Made by a program: the position numbers and the translations under genes. From Pseudogracilibacillus sp. (lineage in GTDB: Bacteria; Bacillota; Bacilli; Bacillales; Amphibacillaceae): a DNA stretch of 64,000 nucleotides. Location of the stretch: NCBI GenBank assembly GCA_026169815.1, contig JAPFDT010000043.1, positions 15,118 through 79,117 on the forward strand, given 5' to 3'. Under the pieces are notes generated by a model. That model was not told the DNA's origin. It was given only the letters and a program-made list of their open reading frames with translations, and searched no databases. Of the stretch, positions 56,841-64,000 are shown piece by piece (the first letter of the stretch is position 1; each line of letters starts with the position of its first letter).

Positions 56841-57021
56841 TCTACACTGTAATTAAACAAAAAATCCACTATGCCATATCAGTTTCATCTTCACCTAAAT
56901 AGGAATTTAGGTAGATCCCTCGCGAATTCTATTGTACAGAAAAATAGTAACTTTTTAATCGCAAAAAAACAGGTGTGATATACTAGAAAAAGAGGAATAT
57001 AAAAACAAAGGAGCGATAAAG

Positions 57022-57957
57022 TTGAAAAAAATAACGATTAAAGGAACAGAACTTGACGTTTTTCCAATTGGCTTAGGGACAAATGCAGTAGGTGGACAGA
57101 AATATTATCCAAATATTACAGATGAGGCAGGGCGTGAATTTTTACGAAAAGCGCTTAGTGTTGAGATGGATTTTTGGGATACGGCTTTTACGTATGGACC
57201 GAAACGTTCGGAGGAAATTATCGGAGAAGTACTTGCCGCAGATAAAGCGCGTCACAACGTTGTGCTCGCTTCAAAAGCAGCCCATCAATTTACAGAAGAC
57301 GGAACAGTGTATAACAACCATCCAGATTTTTTACAAGAAGCGGTAAAAGAAAGTATGGAACGATTGCAGACAGATTTTATCGATTTATTTTACATTCATT
57401 TTCCAGATGAGGACACGCCAAAATATGAAGCAGTCGGAGCCTTGCAAGAACTTAAAGAAAAAGGTATCATCCGCGCAATAGGAGTATCGAATTTTTCTGC
57501 TAAACAGTTGGCAGAAGCGAATCAAGATGGCTATGTCGATGTCGTACAAGATCATTACAATTTATTAACACGTGGGGCAGAAGAAACGCTCTTTCCATAT
57601 ATTAATGAGCATAACATGTCGTTCGTACCTTATTTCCCATTTGCATCAGGACTTTTAACAGGAAAATATACGCCCGAAACGACGTTTGATGAAGGCGATT
57701 TACGTTTAAATAAACCAGATTTCCAAGGTGGAAAATGGCAAGAAAATTTAGCAAAAGTCGATAAACTACGTGATATCGCCACAGCTAAAAATTGCGAAGT
57801 AGCCCATCTCGTCTTAGCTTGGTATTTAACACGAAACGAAATTGACGTCGTCATCCCAGGAGCAAAAACAGCGGCACAAATTGAAAGCAACATGAAAGCA
57901 GCCGAAGTCGAGTTAGATGAAAGTGAAATTATCGTCATCGATTCATTATTTAGATAA
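57022..57957 (+). CDS. Aldo/keto reductase
   Basis: TTG start after AAGGAG. Motifs GLGTNAVGG, FWDTAFTYG, IDLFYIHFPD, IGVSNFS. Confidence 0.9.
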   Translation: MKKITIKGTELDVFPIGLGTNAVGGQKYYPNITDEAGREFLRKALSVEMDFWDTAFTYGPKRSEEIIGEVLAADKARHNVVLASKAAHQFTEDGTVYNNHPDFLQEAVKESMERLQTDFIDLFYIHFPDEDTPKYEAVGALQELKEKGIIRAIGVSNFSAKQLAEANQDGYVDVVQDHYNLLTRGAEETLFPYINEHNMSFVPYFPFASGLLTGKYTPETTFDEGDLRLNKPDFQGGKWQENLAKVDKLRDIATAKNCEVAHLVLAWYLTRNEIDVVIPGAKTAAQIESNMKAAEVELDESEIIVIDSLFR

Positions 57958-58117
57958 ACACAAGGAGCAGGGAAACCTGCTTTTTTCCAGAATAAATTAA
58001 CTGAAAATTCACACGAAACATGATATAATAAATGTGTGCACAAAAATAAAACTAGCAACATATAATGGGAAAGGATGAATGTATGGAAATCACAATCGAA
58101 TAGGAGGTTGATGTCAC

Positions 58118-59035
58118 ATGAACAACAACAAGGAGATGGTTTATGACATTATTCAAGCTACATTAGATGTAGCGAAAGAGACGATTACACATGTCGAGAG
58201 AACACCAGGCGGCGAAACGAATGAAAGTTACTTTGCAACAGTTGCAGGGAAAAAGTATGTCGTCAGACTGCCAGGAAAAGGCACCGAAGTTTTAATTGAT
58301 CGCAGCATTGAAAAGGAAAACTTAACATTTGGCACGAAACTAGGGATTAACCCAGCATTCGTTTATTTCGATGAAAGGAGTGGCATTAAAATTTCTCACG
58401 CCATCGAAGCAGCAACACCATTAACACAAGCAACCGCAAGGGACGCACATATTTTTCATAAATTAATTCATCTTTTCCAAACATTACATGAAACAGACGA
58501 TGTCATGTCGAATCGTTTTGATTTATTTCAAAAAATCAACGAATACGAACAACTAGCCTTCGCAGCAAACAGCGTAACCTTACAACAAATCGTACCATTA
58601 CGTTCCGAGATCCATGCACTACAACAAGTTTACGAATCATACGACATCGTAGACGTAGAAGCCCCATGCCATATGGACTCAGTCATCATCAATATTTTAC
58701 AAGACAAAACAGACAACTTATATTTAATCGACTGGGAATACAGCGGTATGTTCGACCCACTATGGGACATCGCAACATTAATACTATCATTAGAGCTTAA
58801 TGAGGAGGAAGAACACTATTTCCTCACGAACTATTTCAGACGCGAACCAACTGTCGACGAATTACAACGTCTCCATCTACTAAAAATATTCCTCGACTAC
58901 TACTGGAGCCTCTGGTATATATATAAAGAAACACAAGGAGACAACTTCGGCAACAAAGGCACAGCTCGCATCCAACGAGCAAAACACCACCTCGCAACAT
59001 ACAAAATGGCATATGAAGTGGATGTGGTTGTTTGA
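58118..59035 (+). CDS. Choline/ethanolamine-kinase-like phosphotransferase (APH fold)
   Basis: ETNESYFATVAGKKYVVRLPG, catalytic CHMDSVIINIL, LYLIDWEYSGMFDPLWDIA. Confidence 0.75.
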   Translation: MNNNKEMVYDIIQATLDVAKETITHVERTPGGETNESYFATVAGKKYVVRLPGKGTEVLIDRSIEKENLTFGTKLGINPAFVYFDERSGIKISHAIEAATPLTQATARDAHIFHKLIHLFQTLHETDDVMSNRFDLFQKINEYEQLAFAANSVTLQQIVPLRSEIHALQQVYESYDIVDVEAPCHMDSVIINILQDKTDNLYLIDWEYSGMFDPLWDIATLILSLELNEEEEHYFLTNYFRREPTVDELQRLHLLKIFLDYYWSLWYIYKETQGDNFGNKGTARIQRAKHHLATYKMAYEVDVVV

Positions 59036-59417
59036 AAGGAGAGCAGAATTATCAGCAGAGGTCATAATTTAATGTGAGGGCTCATTAATACAAATGGTAA
59101 AGCAAGATGACAATATGAGCCCTCGTCACAATTCCACAATGACTCAGTAGTTTCCCTCTATTAATAATACTTTTTGAAAGAAATTTTTAACATCTAAATA
59201 TAAAGTCGTGTTATCTTAAATCGGCTTTCTTCTATGTGCACCCAATCGAATTAGATATATCTTAATTAGCATCTCCGCAAAGAGATAAAGGATAAGTTAT
59301 TAATCAGTTTGCGAGACTTCATAATTTATGAATGTTTTTAATGACTTTTGACATCAATTTAATTATACTGAAGGTAGATACATAACTATCAATTAGTCGA
59401 AGAAATAGAAAAGGAGA

Positions 59418-59921
59418 ATGAATTTGAGCTCTAATATAAAATTATTTCATAAACTATATGTTGAAAACTTGTTAAGAGTTGATTGGAATAAAAAAGATTT
59501 AGGATTAGGTGTTTCTAGAAAGATAAACTCGACAGACAAACAAGCGATAGATAAAACGGTTGTAAATGACTTTATGACTTACGTTACAGAAATTATGGAT
59601 TATGTGACAAAAAAGGATTATGAAAAATCTGATGTTTTTTACGAGCTTCAAAATATCATGGGAGATGACTTTGATAAAATTGTTTATGAAGCAGAGAAAA
59701 GTGCTACAATAATAGAACCAACTTTAGAGGGTTTAGATGTAGAATACTTAACTAAAAGAAGTTATCGAGATATTAAACATATAATAGGATACAATGCAAA
59801 GTTAAAGTTAAATCTGAGTAATGATGAGGAAATAACTATAGAATTAGACGAACAGCAACTTACTACCTTTTCTGAATCACTAACGTTAGCGTTAGAAGAG
59901 TTGAAGTCCTTAAAGAAGTAA
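59418..59921 (+). CDS. Hypothetical protein (167 aa), no recognisable domain
   Basis: The ATG follows AAAAGGAGA. AT-rich; first gene of a tightly packed 3-gene cassette. Confidence 0.6.
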   Translation: MNLSSNIKLFHKLYVENLLRVDWNKKDLGLGVSRKINSTDKQAIDKTVVNDFMTYVTEIMDYVTKKDYEKSDVFYELQNIMGDDFDKIVYEAEKSATIIEPTLEGLDVEYLTKRSYRDIKHIIGYNAKLKLNLSNDEEITIELDEQQLTTFSESLTLALEELKSLKK

Positions 59922-59946
59922 ATATATAGAAAAAGGGGTGATATTT

Positions 59947-60348
59947 ATGCTTAAAGAAAAAATGTATTTTCATAAAAGTGATATGATAAATATAACAACC
60001 CGAGATCATTTACAAGATCATTTATATGTGGAAACGAACAGAAGTGGATTTACAGAGTATAAAATTCCACAAAGAACATATACTAGTAATATGAATAAAA
60101 TAATAAAACGATATTTAAAAGAAAAGACTACAGATTCTGAAGTTGTCGTCGTTGATGAAGATGTGTTACAGGGAATGCCAATAATAGAAGGAACAAGGTT
60201 GCCTGTAACTTTAATTTTAGCCTACATTCGAGATGAAGAGAATTTTGAAGAAGTTTTAGAGGATTTTCCATATATTACTAAAGAACAGGTAGTAGCTTCT
60301 TTAGACTATTTAATCAAAGTAATTGGAGATCCATATCAAGATGAATGA
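59947..60348 (+). CDS. DUF433-domain protein (antitoxin-like) with ~70-aa N-terminal extension
   Basis: ATG at 59947 follows AAAGGGG. C-terminal LQGMPIIEGTRLPVTLILAYIRDEENFEEVLEDFPYITKEQVVASLDYL matches the DUF433 pattern. Confidence 0.75.
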   Translation: MLKEKMYFHKSDMINITTRDHLQDHLYVETNRSGFTEYKIPQRTYTSNMNKIIKRYLKEKTTDSEVVVVDEDVLQGMPIIEGTRLPVTLILAYIRDEENFEEVLEDFPYITKEQVVASLDYLIKVIGDPYQDE

Positions 60349-60766
60349 TATTTCCTTTTTGCTAGATGAGAATATCACACCTATGGCTGAAACATATCTG
60401 AATGCTATGGGTTATAGATGTAAACATATAGTAACGATGGGGCTTCAAGGTTCAAACGATGAGAAAGTATTGAAGGTAGCTAAAGACTTAAATTCATGTT
60501 TATGTACGATGAATGGAAAAGATTTTGTAGTTCAAGTAATTCCAAGAGGAGATAGTTTTCATCCGGGATTGTTTTGGGTAATCGATAATGTTACTAGAAA
60601 AAATTACACCCATGTTTTTGATTTAATCATACAATTTATTGAAAGTACGGATACAATGAAAAATAAAATTATTAAATTACATGAGGATGAATATGGATTT
60701 AAAATAAATCAATATTATCCAGTCGGGGATTTCCTACGAATGTATTCTAACGGATTAAGTCATTAA
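60341..60766 (+). CDS. DUF5615-type PIN-like (Mut7-C-like) putative RNase toxin
   Basis: The ATG at 60341 overlaps the upstream stop (ATGAATGA). SFLLDENITPMAETYLNAMGY...GSNDEKVLKVAKDLNSCLCTMNGKDF fits the DUF5615 pattern. Confidence 0.7.
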   Translation: MNDISFLLDENITPMAETYLNAMGYRCKHIVTMGLQGSNDEKVLKVAKDLNSCLCTMNGKDFVVQVIPRGDSFHPGLFWVIDNVTRKNYTHVFDLIIQFIESTDTMKNKIIKLHEDEYGFKINQYYPVGDFLRMYSNGLSH

Positions 60767-60785
60767 TATGAAATAGACTTATAAA

Positions 60786-60817
60786 AAAGACTTCAGTACA
60801 TGCTGAAGTCTTTTTTA
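60786..60817 (+). terminator. Terminator after the 3-gene cassette
   Basis: AGACTTCAG pairs with CTGAAGTCT, followed by TTTTTT. Confidence 0.85.
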
Positions 60818-60969
60818 AATGCTGATTATATAAGAAAATTCTTTTCCCCAAACAGACTATATCGAAAAGAACAATCCACGCACATGGACGAGTCAATCTA
60901 TTTAAATTCTCCGACTCAATCGACTAAATATTGCAAACTATGATATGATTTAACAAACGAACTATTTAT

Positions 60970-61908
60970 TTGAAGGTGAAGCGATTGGTTGAATTTATCA
61001 TTATTTTGCGCGATATTATTTTACCGGTTTTTATCATTATGACAATCGGATTTATTTTACAGAAAAAATTTACACTCGATGTTTATACATTAGCACGTCT
61101 TAATATATATTACGTCGTGCCGGCATTTATATTTGTCCGTTTATATGAAGCAATTATTCCGTGGAGTATATTTGCGAAAGTTATTTTATTCGTCAGTTTA
61201 CTCGTCGCCACTTTATATGTGCTATCAATGTTTACTGGCATGTTGCTTGGACTCGACACAAGAAAACGCGTCACATTTACAAACAGCGTTATTTTTTACA
61301 ACTCTGGAAATTACGCCGTTCCTGTAAACGACCTTGTTTTTCGCGGCGACCCATTTGCGATGTCAATTCAAGTAATCGTCCTAATGTTTCAAAATATATT
61401 CATATTCTCATACGGCATTTTCTCCCTGCAGTCAATGGATTCAGGAAAATTACGCGCCGCACTCGCATATTTCAAAATGCCCGTCATGTACGCTATGTTA
61501 CTCGGAATTTCAATGAACGCACTTGACCTATCAGTGCCAGAATTTCTCTGGGTACCAGTCAACTATATCGCGGAGGCCATGATCGCCATTGCCTTGCTCA
61601 CGCTCGGCGCACAAGTTGCTCAACTCAAATTAACAACAGGACTCCGCACCGTCTATTTCAGCATGATATTGCGCCTACTCGTGAGCCCGCTCATCGCACT
61701 CGGACTCATATTAGTATTTGGCCTATCTGGCTTAACTGCCCAAGCACTGTTCATTGCAAGCTCTATGCCAACAGCCGTCAACAGCGCTGTCATCGCCCAA
61801 GAATATGACAACCACCCAGAAATGGCGGCTCAAATTGTGCTATTCTCAACCGTCGCATCAGCTTTCACTGTATCACTTACGATATTCATCGCACGAATGT
61901 TATTTTAA
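60970..61908 (+). CDS. AEC (auxin efflux carrier) family transporter
   Basis: About 10 TM segments. Motifs ILPVFIIMTIGF and FYNSGNYAVPVN. The start codon is uncertain (TTG 60970 or a downstream TTG). Confidence 0.8.
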   Translation: MKVKRLVEFIIILRDIILPVFIIMTIGFILQKKFTLDVYTLARLNIYYVVPAFIFVRLYEAIIPWSIFAKVILFVSLLVATLYVLSMFTGMLLGLDTRKRVTFTNSVIFYNSGNYAVPVNDLVFRGDPFAMSIQVIVLMFQNIFIFSYGIFSLQSMDSGKLRAALAYFKMPVMYAMLLGISMNALDLSVPEFLWVPVNYIAEAMIAIALLTLGAQVAQLKLTTGLRTVYFSMILRLLVSPLIALGLILVFGLSGLTAQALFIASSMPTAVNSAVIAQEYDNHPEMAAQIVLFSTVASAFTVSLTIFIARMLF

Positions 61909-61923
61909 TATAATATATTCAAA

Positions 61924-61964
61924 AAAGAGCATGCAGCAAAACAAACGCACATGCTCTTTTTGTT
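61924..61964 (+). terminator. Terminator after the AEC transporter gene
   Basis: AAGAGCATG pairs with CATGCTCTT, followed by TTTTTG. Confidence 0.8.
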
Positions 61965-62063
61965 TGAGAAAAAAGAGGGGAGGGGAATGCATCTATTAAG
62001 AGAATAGCTTATAATACAAGTTCAAAAGATTTTAAAACATAAAGGAAAAGATTTAATCAATAC

Positions 62064-62098
62064 AAAAAAATCCCCAGCCACACAAGTAGCTGGAGATT
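62064..62098 (-). terminator. Terminator after the LysM-NlpC/P60 gene
   Basis: On the minus strand, TCCAGC pairs with GCTGG(G)GA and is followed by TTTTTTT. Confidence 0.7.
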
Positions 62099-62115
62099 CC
62101 CTAACAGTATTCTTT

Positions 62116-63714
62116 TTAGTAAAAACGTTTGTAGCTATGGAAGTGGTCGCCCCAGTATGGTCCTTTTACATTTGCGATTGCTACGCCTGAACTTGAGCCA
62201 GCATGGATCATTTGTCCGCCGCCAATGTAAATTCCCATGTGTGACATGCCACTCTTATACGTACCTTCGAAAAACACAAGGTCGCCTGGTTGTGGGTTAC
62301 TGACGATGTATGATTTATTGTAGTAACCTTCAACACTCGTTCGACCAATGTCATTTCCGCTTTCTTTATGTGCCCAATGGATGAATCCACTACAGTCGAA
62401 TCCACCTGGTTGTGATCCGCCCCATACATATGGTGTACCTATTACAGATTTAGCGTTTGAAATTAAGTCGCCACCGCCAACATTGTTTTGTTCAGCAGCT
62501 TTAGCTTCCTCTTCTTTTTTCTTCTGTTCAGCAGCCTCTGCAGCTTTGCGGTCAGCTTCTTCCTTTTCAGCTGCTATACGATCTTGTTCAGCTTTCTTCG
62601 CAGCTTCAGCAGCCTTACGCTCTTCTTCCTCTTTTTGTTTCTGTGCAGCGATTCTTTCTTCTTCTTGCTTCTTCTCAGCAGCTACTCGTTCTTCTTCAGC
62701 TTTCTTTTCAGCAGCTTCTGCTTCCGCCGCTTCACGTTCAGCTTGCTCGTCCGTATTATTTGCTTCAGCGCTCACTGTTTGAACAGTTGCTTCATTATCT
62801 GTGCTTGCGCTTGCTTGTTGTACTTCAGGTGCATCTTCCACTTTAGCTTCTTCTTCCTCAGCCTCCGCTTCCGCACGTTCTGCCTCTTCAGCAGCCGCTT
62901 CTTCTTCCGCCGCTGCCGCTTCCTCAGCTACACGAGCTTCCTCTGCCTCTCGTTCAGCTTGCTCCGCTTCTTCCGCTTCTCGCTCAGCTGCTTCAGCAGC
63001 CGCAAGTTCCGCTTCCTCACGCTCAGCCTCTTCTGCAGCCACACGCTCCGCTTCCTCGCGTTCAGCCTGCTCTGCAGCCTCAGCTTCCGCAACCGCCGCA
63101 GCTTCTTCCTCGGCCGCCGCTTGCTCAGCTGCCACACGTTCTTCCTCAGCAATACGTTCAGCTTCAGCAGCTTTCTCCGCCTCACGAGCCTCACGTTCTG
63201 CCTCTTCTTCAGCAGCTTCCGCCTCAGCAACCTCAACTTCTACAGCTTCACGCTCTGCTTCTTCATTTACTTCAACAATAACTAACTCTTCCGCCACGTC
63301 TTCAGAATCCGAATCTTCTCGAGCATCGCCATTTAACGCTAACTCTTGTCCAGGAAGAATTAATGTATTATTTAAATTGTTCCACGTCATTAAATCTTCT
63401 GTCGTAACTCCATATTTATGAGCAATCTCACTAAGCGTGTCACCGCTCACGACTTCATGTGATCCATCTTTTCCAACAGATTCAGACTTCTCACTAGCAC
63501 GATCCTCAGCAACCTCACTATCTAGAGCACGCTTCTTAACAACTTCTTTTGCATCTATTTCCTTAACCTTTAAATCATGCTTTAGCGAAACCGTCCATGG
63601 AGTCTCGCTCGTTTTATTCGTTAACTCAGTAGCATCCGACGCACCTGGCAACGCTAACGCTGAGGCAATGACAGCTGTAGCAGTAACAGACATAAATACT
63701 CTCTTGTTCGACAA
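62116..63714 (-). CDS. Secreted peptidoglycan hydrolase: signal peptide, LysM, ~270-aa Ala/Glu-rich helical region, C-terminal NlpC/P60 endopeptidase
   Basis: LysM HEVVSGDTLSEIAHKYGVTTEDLMTWNNL. NlpC/P60 catalytic Cys GGFDCSGFIHWAH and His SHMGIYIGGGQMIHA. Confidence 0.9.
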   Translation of the reverse strand: MSNKRVFMSVTATAVIASALALPGASDATELTNKTSETPWTVSLKHDLKVKEIDAKEVVKKRALDSEVAEDRASEKSESVGKDGSHEVVSGDTLSEIAHKYGVTTEDLMTWNNLNNTLILPGQELALNGDAREDSDSEDVAEELVIVEVNEEAEREAVEVEVAEAEAAEEEAEREAREAEKAAEAERIAEEERVAAEQAAAEEEAAAVAEAEAAEQAEREEAERVAAEEAEREEAELAAAEAAEREAEEAEQAEREAEEARVAEEAAAAEEEAAAEEAERAEAEAEEEEAKVEDAPEVQQASASTDNEATVQTVSAEANNTDEQAEREAAEAEAAEKKAEEERVAAEKKQEEERIAAQKQKEEEERKAAEAAKKAEQDRIAAEKEEADRKAAEAAEQKKKEEEAKAAEQNNVGGGDLISNAKSVIGTPYVWGGSQPGGFDCSGFIHWAHKESGNDIGRTSVEGYYNKSYIVSNPQPGDLVFFEGTYKSGMSHMGIYIGGGQMIHAGSSSGVAIANVKGPYWGDHFHSYKRFY

Positions 63715-64000
63715 TCAAAAAACCCCTTCCTTCATATATCTATATGAAATAGTATGTATTTAACAATTTCCACGAAAAACATTCGCAAACTCTCTTTGTA
63801 AAAAAATGAACTTATCTAGCACACACTACACTAGTAATCTCATTTTCCTGAAAGCACTAATACTTTCAAAACTATCAAATAGAGCTGTTTTTACAATTAT
63901 GCTACCAATTATAGCACCAATCTCACATAAAACCTAGTAATAATTAACAAAAATAGCCAAAAAATACAAGAAATTTGAACAAATAATCAACAACTAGCCT

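Noticed and set aside
59038-59058. Solo GGAGAGCAGAATTATCAGCAG resembling one unit of the 20-bp family at the left edge of the AT-rich cassette
   Set aside because: A single 9-nt core match is expected by chance in 64 kb of two strands. It also overlaps the 3' end region of the kinase gene, so it is not counted as an array member.
61133-61999. ORFs 61133..61327, 61161..61526 and 61754..61999 (+)
   Set aside because: They are out-of-frame overlaps with the AEC transporter gene or read through its terminator. They have no RBS and implausible basic products.
62348-63421. Several + strand ORFs (67-265 aa) rich in Ser/Phe/Leu or Ala/Ser
   Set aside because: They are shadow ORFs opposite the Ala/Glu-rich spacer of the LysM-NlpC/P60 gene, which has clear domains and a signal peptide on the minus strand.
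1-64000. Search for mobile elements, prophage, tRNA or rRNA genes
   Set aside because: No transposase, integrase, recombinase, phage structural genes, cloverleaf-like tRNA sequences or rRNA were recognised. The AT-rich insertions therefore lack an identifiable mobility gene within this window.

Overview
Chromosomal segment of a low-GC, endospore-forming, flagellated Bacillales bacterium (Bacillaceae/Planococcaceae-like; species cannot be determined from the sequence alone). The left part keeps B. subtilis-like synteny: spoIIQ, spoIIID, an interposed scoAB pair, mbl, flhO, flhP, a small membrane protein and fabZ, with a ~200-nt structured RNA candidate just before fabZ. Next come a ribose operon (rbsR-KACB), an IclR regulator, an RND efflux pair, a NERD-domain gene, two gene remnants (TetR, punA) and deoC. 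From ~23 to ~51 kb lies a cell-envelope super-locus. It holds tagO, tagD plus a tagB-like gene, two convergent SH3b-repeat autolysins and a visibly AT-rich wall-teichoic-acid block. That block has a fused double TagF, a TagF pseudogene, a GT4, a TPR-kinase-coiled-coil protein, a TagF-like gene, tagG, and tagH with a GW-like tail. It is followed by a Wzx/Wzy-type pyruvyl-polysaccharide cluster, an LCP ligase and tagA. The right part carries DUF1659/DUF2922/YvrJ, aroD, an AlbA_2-type ATP-binding protein, oxidoreductases, a choline-kinase-like gene, an AT-rich 3-gene cassette ending in a DUF433/PIN-like pair, an AEC transporter and a LysM-NlpC/P60 hydrolase. The most striking non-genic signal is a dispersed family of strictly phased ~20-bp tandem arrays with a GAGAGCA core. 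There are four clear arrays, one diverged 41-bp compound array and a 119-bp array. All are intergenic, and two bracket the NERD gene. The second candidate system is a possible chain-terminator/export-coupling pair (TPR-kinase-coiled-coil protein plus TagH GW-like tail) in the teichoic acid locus. No rRNA, tRNA, CRISPR, transposase or integrase was seen.
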